Below, piece by piece: positions 24,120 through 37,848 of a DNA stretch of 64,000 nt; the first letter of the stretch is position 1; each line of letters begins with the position of its first letter. Made by a program: the position numbers and the translations under genes. The DNA comes from Macrostomum lignano (taxonomy: Eukaryota). The notes beneath the pieces are model-generated. The model did no database searches, had not been told where the DNA came from, and saw only the letters and a program-made list of their open reading frames with translations. The stretch covers positions 434,001 through 498,000 of the forward strand of contig NIVC01000019.1 in assembly GCA_002269645.1 (NCBI GenBank), written 5' to 3'.

Positions 24120-24324
24120 TGAGGATTAGCGCTCGGAAATCTGGAGTTCGCAGTTTTCACTTCGCTCTGAGCTCGAAACTCTAAACAATATACATATATA
24201 AGGGTTAAATATTGAAGCATAATATCGAATTCAAAAGTTTTTTTGACCTTTCTCATCATTTCCATATTGCTAAGGATATTACTGTAAAATACTGTCATGC
24301 ATATTTTCAAATGTGTTCAAATCA

Positions 24325-25975
24325 GCACAGCTCAACACACACAGGGTGTCCAGCTCAACACACACATGGTGTCCAGCTCAACACACACATGGTGTCCAGC
24401 TCAACACACACAGGGTGTCCAGCTCAACACACACAGGGTGTCCAGCTCAACACACACAGGGTGTCCAGCTCAACACACACAGGGTGTCCAGCTCAACACA
24501 CACAGGGTGTCCAGCTCAACACACACAGGGTGTCCAGCTCAACACACACAGGGTGTCCAGCTCAACACACACAGGGTGTCCAGCTCAACACACACAGGGT
24601 GTCCAGCTCAACACACACAGGGTGTCCAGCTCAACACACACAGGGTGTCCAGCTCAACACACACATGGTGTCCAGCTCAACACACACATGGTGTCCAGCT
24701 CAACACACACAGGGTGTCCAGCTCAACACACACAGGGTGTCCAGCTCAACACACACAGGGTGTCCAGCTCAACACACACAGGGTGTCCAGCTCAACACAC
24801 ACAGGGTGTCCAGCTCAACACACACAGGGTGTCCAGCTCAACACACACAGGGTGTCCAGCTCAACACACACAGGGTGTCCAGCTCAACACACACAGGGTG
24901 TCCAGCTCAACACACACAGGGTGTCCAGCTCAACACACACAGGGTGTCCAGCTCAACACACACAGGGTGTCCAGCTCAACACACACAGGGTGTCCAGCTC
25001 AACACACACAGGGTGTCCAGCTCAACACACACAGGGTGTCCAGCTCAACACACACAGGGTGTCCAGCTCAACACACACAGGGTGTCCAGCTCAACACACA
25101 CAGGGTGTCCAGCTCAACACACACAGGGTGTCCAGCTCAACACACACAGGGTGTCCAGCTCAACACACACAGGGTGTCCAGCTCAACACACACAGGGTGT
25201 CCAGCTCAACACACACAGGGTGTCCAGCTCAACACACACAGGGTGTCCAGCTCAACACACACAGGGTGTCCAGCTCAACACACACAGGGTGTCCAGCTCA
25301 ACACACACAGGGTGTCCAGCTCAACACACACAGGGTGTCCAGCTCAACACACACAGGGTGTCCAGCTCAACACACACAGGGTGTCCAGCTCAACACACAC
25401 AGGGTGTCCAGCTCAACACACACAGGGTGTCCAGCTCAACACACACAGGGTGTCCAGCTCAACACACACAGGGTGTCCAGCTCAACACACACAGGGTGTC
25501 CAGCTCAACACACACAGGGTGTCCAGCTCAACACACACAGGGTGTCCAGCTCAACACACACAGGGTGTCCAGCTCAACACACACAGGGTGTCCAGCTCAA
25601 CACACACAGGGTGTCCAGCTCAACACACACAGGGTGTCCAGCTCAACACACACAGGGTGTCCAGCTCAACACACACAGGGTGTCCAGCTCAACACACACA
25701 GGGTGTCCATCTCAACACACACACAGGGTGTCCAGCTCAACACACACACAGGGTGTCCAGCTCAACACACACAGGGTGTCCATCTCAACACACACACAGG
25801 GTGTCCAGCTCAACACACACACAGGGTGTCCAGCTCAACACACACAGGGTGTCCATCTCAACACACACACAGGGTGTCCATCTCAATACACACACAGGGT
25901 GTCCATCTCAACACACACACAGGGTGTCCAGCTCAACACACACAGGGTGTCCATCTCAATACACACAGGGTGTCC
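24325..25975. repeat. 23-bp minisatellite (CAGCTCAACACACACAGGGTGTC), ~70 copies
   Basis: Period of 23 at 24421/24444; very homogeneous. Confidence 0.97.
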
Positions 25976-26455
25976 AACTAATCCCACTCAGTGGCCTGAT
26001 CTGATCAAGTTATCCGACAAGACACAAAAAAGAAGTTTTCATAGAGAGTAAAGATTTTCAATTTGTCACGCAGGCCTGCCGCGTAGAGAATCTTGTTCTC
26101 CATCAAAATTTTAATCTTGTTAAGCAATCAATCTCGCCGAGTTGCGCGAACAGGACAGGGCAAGCAGGTGTTAATTAGCAGTCCTGGCTGCTTGAGCTTT
26201 GATCAATCCTGCCAAAGCCCAAAAAACTGAATAAATTTGATCTGGGCGTGCCTGAATGAAAAAATTCGGCCGTTTATCAAACAGTTATCACCAAGGGTTA
26301 TCTATTTCACCTGTTTACTAATTAGCCTTCCAACCATTACCTGCTCATTAGTTGGAAGATGACGGATCACGATTTTAGGAAGCTGAGATTTCACTGCTTA
26401 TAAAGCGGACTGCTCAGTGCGGTGTGCTCAAAGCTGTCGCTAGGCCGCCAAAGTC

Positions 26456-29400
26456 ATGGTCTCAGTTCGCATAGTGGATACCGAAGAGTGCCGGCCCAGC
26501 GTGAACGCCAGCGAGGTGCACGTTGGCATCGTGCCCTCCGTGCTGCGCTACGAGGCCTGGCTGATCTTCATCTTCTTGGCCCTGTTCGCGTTCGGACTGG
26601 CGAATTCGTTCAACTTGATGCGGCGCTACATCTATAAGGATAATGTGAGCTCTTGGCTGTCCATCCGTTTGCGTGTGGGTCATAGAGGGGCTGATCACAC
26701 CATTTCCGTGTGGGTCATAGAGGGGCTGATCACACCATTTCCGTGCGGGTCATAGAGGGGCTGATCACACCATTTCCGTGTGGGTCATAGAGAGGCTGAT
26801 CACACCATTTCCGTGTGGGTCATAGAGGGCTGATCACACCATTTCCGTGTGGGTCATAGAGGGGCTGATCACACCATTTCCGTGTGGGTCATAGAGGGGC
26901 TGATCACACCATTTCCGTGTGGGTCATAGAGGGGCTGATCACACCATTTCCGTGTGGGTCATAGAGGGGCTGATCACACCATTTCCGTGTGGGTCATAGA
27001 GGGGCTGATCACACCATTTCCGTGCGGGTCATAGAGGGGCTGATCACACCATTTCCGTGCGGGTCATAGAGGGGCTGATCACACCATTTCCGTGCGGGTC
27101 AGAAAGGGGCTGATCACACCATTTCCGTGCGGGTCATAGAGGGGCTGATCACACCATTTCCGTGTGGGTCATAGAGAGGCTGATCACACCATTTCCGTGT
27201 GGGTCATAGAGGGGCTGATCACACCATTTCCGTGCGGGTCATAGAGGGGCTGATCACACCATTTCCGTGTGGGTCATAGAGGGGCTGATCACACCATTTC
27301 CGTGTGGGTCATAGAGAGGCTGATCACACCATTTCCGTGTGGGTCATAGAGGGGCTTATCACACCATTTCCGTGTGGGTCATAGAGAGGCTGATCACACC
27401 ATTTCCGTGTGGGTCATAGAGGGGCTGATCACACCATTTCCGTGTGGGTCATAGAGAGGCTGATCACACCATTTCCGTGTGGGTCATAGAGGGGCTGATC
27501 ACACCATTTCCGTGCGGGTCATAGAGGGGCTGATCACACCATTTCCGTGTGGGTCATAGAGGGGCTGATCACACCATTTCCGTGTGGGTCATAGAGGGGC
27601 TGATCACACCATTTCCGTGTGGGTCATAGAGGGGCTGATCACACCATTTCCGTGCGGGTCATAGAGGGGCTGATCACACCATTTCCGTGCGGGTCATAGA
27701 GGGGCTGATCACACCATTTCCGTGCGGGTCAGAAAGGGGCTGATCACACCATTTCCGTGCGGGTCATAGAGGGGCTGATCACACCATTTCCGTGCGGGTC
27801 ATAGAGGGGCTGATCACACCATTTCCGTGTGGGTCATAGAGGGGCTGATCACACCATTTCCGTGTGGGTCATAGAGGGGCTGATCACACCATTTCCGTGT
27901 GGGTCATAGAGGGGCTGATCACACCATTTCCGTGCGGGTCATAGAGAGGCTGATCACACCATTTCCGTGTGGGTCATAGAGGGCTGATCACACCATTTCC
28001 GTGTGGGTCATAGAGGGGCTGATCACACCATTTCCGTGTGGGCTATACGGACTGATCACATCATTTCCAAGTAGTTCACACGAGCTCGCACATGTCGTGC
28101 ATTGATCTGTTTATTTCCGTATCGGTCACAGTTAAAACTGAATTTCCGCGCCGTTTCATGACCTGCTGATTTCCGTATGAGTCATAAGGTTGATCAATTC
28201 ATTTCCAAAAATAATTTCATATAAAAATGTTGTTTCAACTTCCTGATTTGAGCTACCAGTTGTTACCAGAGCATGAATTTCTCGAACACGGTGCTGAGCC
28301 CCCGCAGTCTGCGTTCATTCGTGGCAGGAGATCAGCGCGGCAGGCCCTGGCTGCAATCTGTGCCCCAGACTGTTCTTTGTTATCGGATGAACGCAGGCTG
28401 GGGCCGCAATCGACTGACCTTTGCCCCCCCTTTGCCCACGAATTGTTGCACTGATCATCCACTGGGCCTTTCTACTCCAACTTGTACTCGGCAAGCTCCA
28501 TCCCAATTGAGCATGTCTGTGACTTGGACATGAACCCAATGGATCATGTATAGGACTTGAACATGAAGCTAATGGATCATGTATAGGACTTGGACATGAA
28601 GCTAATGGATCATGTATAGGACTTGGACATGAACCTAATGGATCATGTATAGGACTTGGACATGAAGCTAATGGATCATGTATAGGACTTGGACATGAAC
28701 CTAATGGATCATGTATAGGACTTGGACATGAAGCTAATGGATCATGTATAGGACTTGGACATGAACCTAATGGATCATGTATAGGACTTGGACATGAAGC
28801 TAATGGATCATGTATAGGACTTGGACATGAAGCTAATGGATCATGTATAGGACTTGGACATGAACCTAATGGATCATGTATAGGACTTGGACATGAACCC
28901 AATTGAGCATGTCTGTGACTTGGACATGAACCAGATTCAGCATGTATCGGACTTCATCAGATGCAGAATTAAGTGGGAGAACCCACAGAAAACAGTCTCC
29001 ATGCTATACTAAACAAAAAATATTTAAAAAAACATTAAGATAGCCAGGCTAAGCGCAAATCCATAAGCAGAGTTGGCTGAACTTACAGGACGTTCTTGAC
29101 GCCACATTCGACGCTGGAGGCAAGGTGAGCATCGGCCTGACGGCTACCACCATCGTGTCGCAGTGGACCTGGGCCGCCACCCTGCTGCAGTCTTCCTCCA
29201 TCGCTAGCAAGGTGAGAAAATACTTCTTGATTGGATTGGGGATTAGAGTAAGGGATTGGGTATCAGAGTAGGACATTGGGGATGACTAGGGGATCAGGGA
29301 TCAAAGATGAGGATTGGGGATTAGAGTAAGGGATTGGGTATCAGAGTAGGACATTGGGGATGACTAGGGGATCAGGGATCAAAGATGAGGATTGGGGATC

Positions 29401-32400
29401 GGAGTAGGGGATTAGAGATCAGATTAGAGGATTGGGGATCAGAGTAGGAGATTGTGGATCAGAGAAGAGGATTGGGGATCAGATTAGAGGATTGGGGATC
29501 AGAGTAGAGGATTGGGGATCAGAGTAGGAGATTGGAGATCAGATTAGAGGATTGGGGATCAGAGTAGAGGATTGGGGATCAGAGTAGGAGATTGGGGATC
29601 AGAGTAGAGGATTGGGGATCAGAGTAGGAGATTGGAGATCAGATTAGAGGATTGGGGATCAGAGTAGGAGATTGGAGATCAGATTAGAGGATTGGGGATC
29701 AGAGTAGGAGATTGGGGATCAGAGAAGAGGTTTGGGGATCAGAGTAGGAGATTGGGGATCAGAGATGAGAATTATGTATTATAGGGGAGATGAGGGATAA
29801 GAGTAGAGAATTCCCAGAGTATAGGAAGTGAGGCAGTTACTGGTAGGATGCTGAATGTTGAAACTGCGTGAATTTTCAGTACGGCATCAGCGGCCCATTC
29901 TGGTACGCCGCTGGCGGCACCCTGCAAATTCTTCTGTTCGCCATCATCTCGGTGCAGCTGAAGATTCGAGCCCCGGGCGCCAAGACCTTCCTGCAGCTGA
30001 TCCAGGCCCGCTTCGACAAGTCGACCCACATTGTGTTCTGCGTGTTCGCCCTCATCACCAACATCATCGTGACAGCGATGCTGATGCTGGGTAGGTTCGA
30101 CCGCTGATCTGGGGATCTGGGTCACCAAGCTGACCGAGTTTTTATGCCCTTGATAATTCGGCATTTCGGATGTTATGTTTGAAAATTATTTCATCTTTCA
30201 AATTCGATCATTTATCCTCAAATCCAATCATTTATCCTCAAATCCAATCATTTATCCTCAAATTCGATCATTTATCCACAAATTCGATCATTTATCCACA
30301 AATTCGATCATTTATCCTCAAATTCGATCATTTATCCACAAATTCGATCATTTATCCACAAATTCGATCATTTATCCACAAATTCGATCATTTATCCACA
30401 AATTCGATCATTTATCCTCAAATTCGATCATTTATCCCCAAATTCGATCATTTATCCCCAAATTCGATCATTTATCCCCAAATTCGATCATTTATCCCAA
30501 AATTCGATCATTTATCCCCAAATTCGATCATTTATCCACAAATTCGATAATTTATCCTCAAATTCGATCATTTATCCCAAAATTCGATCATTTATCCTCA
30601 AATTCGATCATTTACATGTCCCCAAGTTTGTTTATTGATCCCAAATTTATAGGCTTTGTTCTAAGCTCAATAGAGCCAATGCTCTATCTAACATTTATTC
30701 GCTCCAAACCTTTTATCCCAAAATGAACCATTATTTAGAATTCAAGATGGGAGTAGCACCCTCATAGCCACTAAACCCGAGTCCATAAAAAACACCTCCA
30801 GGCGGCACAGCCGTGATGACCAACCTCATCCAGGAGTTCTCCATCGAAGTCGGCACCATCATGACCTGCGGAGTGATCGCCTGCTACACCTTTATCGGCG
30901 GCCTGGGCGCCACATTCTATGTCAGCTATTTCAACACGGCGATCATTTTCATCATCATGCTGATCTTCATCATGAAGATCTACTTCGATCCCAACGCTAT
31001 GTCGGAGGAAAATCCTCTGGGTGTGTGAAGCGGCTGATAGCGGTATAATTATGAATTATATGGTTTTATTAGTTCTCTTCTATCGGCACTGGCTATAGAC
31101 TTTGAGTATCTGGGCTCACCGCTATAGTCGTGGGACTGGATGTTGTCGAAGGCTCGATGTCACTATAGTCTTTATCCGACTTCAGACAGGTGATAGAGTC
31201 TTTGTCTTGGGGTCGGTAAAGGCGAATCCTGAGCTCCAGGCCAGAGTTTCATACGTGTAGCCAAAATGAAATACAATATGGGAGCATCGACAGTTCTTGC
31301 TTGCATTCTCACTGATTTCAGGCAGCTCAGACATCGCCTACGAGTACCTCCGCTGCGCCCTGGCTCCGGAGGGCAACTACAACGGTTCCTATTTGACCTT
31401 CTTGTCGCTAGGCGGCCTCATGTTCGGCATCATCAACATCGTCGGCCTATTCGGCACCGTGTTCGTCGACCAGTCCTACTGGCAGTCCAGCGTAGCCGCC
31501 AAGCCGAAGGAAGGCGTCTGGGGCTTCTTGTCCGGCGGCCTGGTCTGGTTCGCTGTGCCGTTCGGGTTCGCCACCACCACCGGGCTGGCGTACATCTCGC
31601 TGAGCGCCAGACAGGGCACCCCGCTGCTCACACCCAGTCAGGTGCGGTTTTGAGAAGCAATAGGGGGGAGACTGGGATGGATGCTGTGGGTAAAAACCCG
31701 AGTACAGGAGCGAGCTGTCAAACCGATCTGACTATCAAAAACGAAACGCGGTCACCCACCGGCTGCACGCAGCCAAAGGATGCGGTATCCCCGCCAGCTT
31801 CGTCCAGCTTCCAGTAGTCTGACATGTGCGTCCTTGACCACTCCTTTAAGCTCCTTGCAACGGTAGCTGCAGAACTTTGTGCATCGGCTCAAGGCAGTAG
31901 GATCACGGGCGGCGTACGTGGTACTTAAGCTTCCTGCTGTGCATACATGTCCTTCGCATCCCGACTAAAAATCGTTTCCAACCATAAGAATAATAGTAAT
32001 AATTCTAAGAGACGGTTGCTTTGTGGGCAGCCTGTTGCAACGCTTTGATCGGCGACAATGTCCCCCAACTAGAGCGATAGTGAGACGATTAAGACCATTC
32101 CGCTGACTCCTAAGAGCCTACAAGAGAGCCAATACTGTACAGTGCCACGCACTGATACACACGCTCACACAGGATGTACAGCGGCCCAGATTGTTTTATC
32201 TTCAGGCATGTACACTCTACCGTTCACAACCATGAGGCCCAACACCCAAGACATGGAATGTTTTGTGCAATAAATCAAAATGAATATAGCCGCGCACGAA
32301 ATCGAAGCAGGGGTCAGACTCTCCTACACCCCTGTCAATCCAGGTGGACGAAGGTTTGGTGCCACCGGTGATCGCTCAGCGCCTTCTTGGCCACTCCGGG

Positions 32401-35053
32401 GAGATCATGCTGGTGACGGCCATCGTGATGGCGATTACATCGACCGGCTCAGCCGAGGTGATGGCGGTCACCTCCATCTTGGTGTACGATATCTACGCCA
32501 TCTACTGGAAACCCTACCGGTCCACCACCGATATGAATACCTGCATATTGTGCGGCAGGTGAGGCCAGTTTGTTTAACATCCTTGATGTGTAATCGATCG
32601 AGTTAGTGACAATCGATTTGTAACTGTTGAGTTTTTAATCAAACATCCTTGATGTGTTCCTGGCGTTATTTTTAATCCAATAGTACCTGAAGGGATGTTA
32701 GCTATTATATGTTGACTGCGCAGCTACCACTTCATGTGGTATATTACATACTTTTTCGAGTCCACCAAGTGTCTTAAATAACAAGTTAAGCTTGAGTTCC
32801 ACTCCGACCTTCAAGTGTAGTTAAATCTCAGAATACCGACCTTTCTTGACTGCTTTCTTTGACGTTGGCCAGAATCGCGGAATGTTTTTGGTATTGGTTA
32901 TTGGTCGGGTACTACTGAAAAGGTTGCTACCCAATTTTGGTTATTAATTAGCTCGAAACGGCAAAAACCCTGACCAATAATCGAGTTTTGATATCCTTGG
33001 TGCGTGGTGACTAATCGGTTAACATCCTTGAAGCACTGAAGTGTCCTTGAAGTTTAACCGATTGAATCTGCGATATGGAACTTGTTAGAGTCTGCTTCAG
33101 AAATCTCAGGTCGAGTTCGGGAATCCCTCTGTGTCTAACTGATACACTTTATGCCTATTAATAAATTGATAACACATGCAGTTATCAATTGGGCCAGATT
33201 TGCAACCGACAGCTCAGCCGCAGCTATTGCGCGGCGCATCTGAAGGCTGCGTACGACTGTTCAGTCCAAGGACTGGGGGGGAGTCACCACACACCCCCTC
33301 AATTACCCCAGCTAATGCTGGCACCCATTTTACAGCTGGGTGAACTGAAGCAATGTAGAGTTAAGTCTCTTGCTCAATGACACAGATTGTTCCAGTGGGA
33401 TCGGGAATCGAACCCCGACCTTCAAATAACCACTAGGCCACAACCCCTTCAACCCCTTCTATCAGTTATATAATTAATATCTTATATCCTAAAAACAGGC
33501 AGCGAGGTCGACTGGCCAGCGTGCGAGACAAATGCCTCTGCGAAAGCATGACCTTCTGCCAGGACTGCGAACGGGACACGCAGGAGAGAATACTGTGCAA
33601 GCGAGCCATTAAGCCATCCTATCAGTGCAAAATGCACGGCGCTTATCGCACCTACAAAGAGTACTTGAACGTACTGAAAAACTGGGGCATCCTAATCACT
33701 ATTGTGGCTATTATTCCGCTGACTCTCATCCTGAGCTACATGAGCATCTCGCTGGGCTGGCTGTTCCTGTTCATGGGGGTACTCATCGGCTCGGCTGTGG
33801 TGCCGGTCACCCTCGCCCTGTTCTGGACCGGCCTCACCGGCTTCGGCATGACATTCGGCACTCTGTTCGGCACCATTGGCGGCCTGATCAGCTGGCTGGC
33901 CACGGCCTCAACCTATCCGGGCGGGCTTAGTGCGGGCAACTTCATCAAGAACAGCGGCGAGAACATCCCGATGCTGGTTGGCAACGTGTTCTCCATGGTT
34001 ATGGGCGCCATTGTCACCTTCATCAGCAGTCTGGTGCATCGCCGACTCAGAGAGTGTCCACCAGCCGACGAGAGTATCTGGGAGCTCACCAGAGACGTAG
34101 ACAATCCGCTGTCACCGTGGACAGAGCTGTACGCTGCGTAAGTGAAACGTTTTCCAATTTTAGACGGGTTAAAGCCAGTAATTATTTTTGATGCTCCGGT
34201 TGTTAGCGTGAAAGTCCAAAAGTCCTTTTGTAGACTGTTTTGTGTTGCAATGTAGCCTCATTTTCTCTCCAAGCAAAAAGCCAAACCGAACCGCTGCAGC
34301 GAGCTGAACCTGACCGGGGCCCACCAGCTGGACAAGCGGCCCAGTCTGCGCGAGGTGTCGCACACGTTCCGCTTCGCCAGGTACATCGCCTTCATTGGCT
34401 CGGTGACTCTCGTTAGCCTAATGATCGTTCTGTGGCCGGGAGTGATGGCCTCGATTGCCATATTGGATAAAAGCCAGTTTGGAGTCCTGGTGAGTATAGG
34501 TCTGTCGAGATATTGCACACTTGTTGCGAGTACATGAAGTTCGTTCTCATGCTCGTAGATGATACTTGGAAATAGACAAATTCGGCTTAAGAGTAACGCT
34601 TTAACGTACGCTTTAACGTTTTTATTATTAGTACTAAGGAGACTTCCATCGCTCACTGAAAGATTACCACAAACATACCATTAGTCTTTCGATGCATATC
34701 ATTTATGTAGAAAATCCATTTTGGTAGAGACAAGGACTACTCAAGTATACAAGTAACAAGGACTACTTAAGTTGTCCTTGGGTAGAGAATCTTAATTCCC
34801 CAACTTAACCGTCCCTCAGACCATGGTGTCGGCCGTCTGGGCCTTCATAGCCGCCATATTCATCATTCTTATGCCGCTATTTAACGAGGTGATGTCGGTG
34901 GTGCAGGTGGCCAAGGCGCGTCGTAACGCTGTCGCCCCATCGCGCGAGGAGGCGGCGACTCAACCGGAAGCGGCTGAGCGCGCCGGCCAGGCGGACGGCA
35001 GCAACGGCGAGGAGAAAAAGTCGGACCAAGCGGTTGATGAAACCTCGGCCTAG
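26456..35053 (+). CDS. DUR3: DUR3-like urea transporter (sodium:solute symporter, SSS family), 9 exons, ~779 aa
   Basis: Exons 26456-26644, 29089-29211, 29880-30090, 30802-31020, 31322-31641, 32344-32558, 33499-34137, 34300-34489 and 34820-35053 (sum 2340 nt, phases consistent). Signature motifs are [52 protein letters not shown] and [19 protein letters not shown]. Confidence 0.92.
26665..28060. repeat. 35-bp minisatellite (GGGTCATAGAGGGGCTGATCACACCATTTCCGTGT), ~40 copies, DUR3 intron 1
   Basis: Tandem units read directly; starts ~20 nt after the donor. Confidence 0.97.
28515..28930. repeat. 33-bp minisatellite (GGACTTGGACATGAAGCTAATGGATCATGTATA), DUR3 intron 1
   Basis: Tandem units read directly. 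Confidence 0.93.
29230..29770. repeat. ~21-bp minisatellite (GAGGATTGGGGATCAGAGTAG), DUR3 intron 2
   Basis: Tandem units read directly. Confidence 0.9.
30195..30615. repeat. 20-bp minisatellite (AAATTCGATCATTTATCCNC), DUR3 intron 3
   Basis: Tandem units read directly. Confidence 0.93.
33225..33445 (-). mobile_element. tRNA-derived SINE family B (CORE-like), copy 1
   Basis: The minus strand has a B-box (GGTTCGATTCCC), then a CORE-like GAGCAAGAGACTTAAC...CAGCTGTAAAATGGGTGCC block. Homologous to 38062-38302 and 54811-54938. Confidence 0.75.
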
Positions 35054-35214
35054 GAGGCCTTAGGGAAGGAAGCGGTGGACTTTGAAAAAATTTACTTGCT
35101 TTTTACTGGATGGTGATTAACTCAGATCAACCAGAGCTGAAGAAACCAGTTTAAAAAGAACAATTAAGGTGAGACGTAGAAAATAACTTTAAGTGTTTTT
35201 TGGGGGGGAGTAAG

Positions 35215-36105
35215 ACGTTTGCTTGTTGAAGTCTGCTTGTTGAAGTCTGTTTGTTGAAGTCTGCTTGTTGAGGTCTGCTTGTTGAAGTCTGCTTGTTGAA
35301 GTCTGCTTGTTGAAGTCTGCTTGTTGAAGTCTGCAGTCTGCTTGTTGAAGTCTGCTTGTTAAAGTCTGCTTGTTGAGGTCTGCTTGTTGAAGTCTGCTTG
35401 TTGAAGTCTGCTTGTTGAAGTCTGTTTGTTGAAGTCTGCTTGTTGAAGTCTGCTTGTTGAAGTCTGCTTGTTGAAGTCTGCTTGTTGAAGTCTGCTTGTT
35501 GAAGTCTGCTTGTTGAAGTCTGCTTGTTGAAGTCTGCTTGTTGAAGTCTGCTTGTTGAAGTCTGCTTGTTGAAGTCTGCTTGTTGAAGTCTGCTTGTTGA
35601 AGTCTGCTTGTTGAAGTCTGCTTGTTGAAGTCTGCTTGTTAAAGTCTGCTTGTTGAAGTCTGCTTGTTGAAGTCTGCTTGTTGAAGTCTGCTTGTTGAAG
35701 TCTGCTTGTTAAAGTCTGTTTGTTGAAGTCTGCTTGTTGAAGTCTGCTTGTTGAAGTCTGCTTGTTGAAGTCTGCTTGTTGAAGTCTGCTTGTTGAAGTC
35801 TGCTTGTTGAAGTCTGTTTGTTGAAGTCTGCTTGTTGAAGTCTGCTTGTTGAAGTCTGCTTGTTGAAGTCTGCTTGTTGAAGTCTGCTTGTTGAAGTCTG
35901 TTTGTTGAAGTCTGCTTGTTGAAGTCTGTTTGTTGAAGTCTGTTTATTGAAGTCTGCTTGTTGAAGTCTGCTTGTTGAAGTCTGTTTGTTGAAGTCTGCT
36001 TGTTGAAGTCTGTTTGTTGAAGTCTGCTTGTTGAAGTCTGCTTGCCGAAGTCTGCTTGCCGAAGTCTGCTTGCCGAAGTCTGCTTGCCGAAGTATGCTTG
36101 TTGAA
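35215..36105. repeat. 14-bp minisatellite (GTCTGCTTGTTGAA), ~60 copies, just 3' of DUR3
   Basis: Tandem units read directly. Confidence 0.96.
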
Positions 36106-36884
36106 GTACCTTGCATTATGCTATATCTTGCTAAACCTGTACAAGTTCCGCTACACTCAGCATTTTAAGCAATGAATCTTCATACCGAGGGGAATGGTAG
36201 AAATCCAGCAAGCGGTTCCTTTGCTCAAGATCTTTTGCGACGCCGCAAAATTGCAAGAGCCATTCACCGACGTTGTCACTGAGCCCAAGTTGATGACAGT
36301 AGACAGTGTTTTTATTAATTCACAAAACTCGATGTGAAAGAGAGAATCGTTTTGTACTTTTCTATCTAGCTATAGCCCGATCCTTGCCTGGGCTTGTTAC
36401 AATTTTTTCACTTTTTTAACTACCCCAAAGAATGAACATTTTTGCGCACCGGAAATGTCAAGCACTCTACAAGCACAAATGAAACTCTCAGCTTAGAAAT
36501 TTTGTATTGCTTTGTATTTTTTTAATTTGTAATGAACACCTTCAGCACCACTAGTACAGGCATCTCCGGAAAGAAAAGCACTCGTAATTTTAAAGTGCAC
36601 TTCTTTACTGCGGATAAAATAGGAATTATTAGTTCTCTGTCGTCAATCACAACGCGCCACGAGTATGAATTGTTTTTGTTCAACAAAATGGAAAATTCCT
36701 GTAAACACTGCGTTGGTTTGATCAAGATTAAATACGCTCTCTTTAAAGGAAAGATTAATGCGTTTCAGTAGTTTCTGAATAGACATACAAGCATGCAGAT
36801 GCATCATCAAAGACATTAGAAATTGACATATCCATATTTATTAATTACATGCATAGGAAGATCAATGACTTCAGCGGATCGCAT

Positions 36885-37760
36885 CTACATTAGATCCCGA
36901 ATAGAATCCCTATACATTAGATCCCGAATAGAATCCCTATACATTAGATCCCGAATAGAATCCCTATACATTAGATCCCGAATAGAATCCCTATACATTA
37001 GATCCCGAATAGAATCCCTATACATCAGATCCCGATTCGAATCCCTAAACATTAGATCCCAATTCGAATCCCTATACATTAGATCCCGATTCGAATCCCT
37101 ATACATTAGATCCCGATTCGAATCCCTATACATCAGATCCCGATTCGAATCCCTATACATTAGATCCCGATTCGAATCCCTATACATTAGATCCCGATTC
37201 GAATCCCTATACATTAGATCCCGATTCGAATCGCTATACATTAGATCCCGATTCGAATCCCTATACATTAGATCCCGAATAGAATCCCTATACATTAGAT
37301 CCCAATTCGAATCCCTATACATTAGATCCCGATTCGAATCCCTATACATTAGATCCCGATTCGAATCCCTATACATTAGATCCCGATTCGAATCCCTATA
37401 CATTAGATCCCGATTCGAATCCCTATACATCAGATCCCGATTCGAATCCCTATACATTAGATCCCGATTCGAATCCCTATACATTAGATCCCGAATAGAA
37501 TCCCTATACATTAGATCCCAATTCGAATCCCTATACATTAGATCCCAATTCGAATCCCTATACATTAGATCCCGATTCGAATCCCTAAACATTAGATCCC
37601 GATTCGAATCCCTATACATTAGATCCCAATTCGAATCCCTATACATTAGATCCCGATTCGAATCCCTATACATTAGATCCCGATTCGAATCGCTATACAT
37701 TAGATCCCGATTCGAATCGCTATACATTAGATCCCGATTCGAATCGCTATACATTAGATC
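36885..37760. repeat. 27-bp minisatellite (TACATTAGATCCCGATTCGAATCCCTA), ~32 copies, just 3' of the calpain-like gene
   Basis: Period of 27 at 36891/36918. Confidence 0.96.
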
Positions 37761-37848
37761 CAGATATTCCAACTGCTATCCCACCTGGACTCAAAATGCC
37801 TACTTGCTATCATCGATCCCGAATGGCCGCAAGTCCTGAATTTATGTG

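Noticed and set aside
24212-26051. Three overlapping 560-590-aa ORFs
   Set aside because: All three frames read the same cyclic peptide from a stop-free 23-bp repeat; they are a satellite artefact
26665-28060. CRISPR-like 35-bp direct repeats
   Set aside because: Units are head-to-tail with no unique spacers, the context is a eukaryotic intron, and there are no cas genes. The same applies to the 33-, 27-, 25- and 23-bp arrays.
36823-37839. 338-aa and 295-aa repeat ORFs on both strands
   Set aside because: Translations of a 27-bp minisatellite with no unique domain
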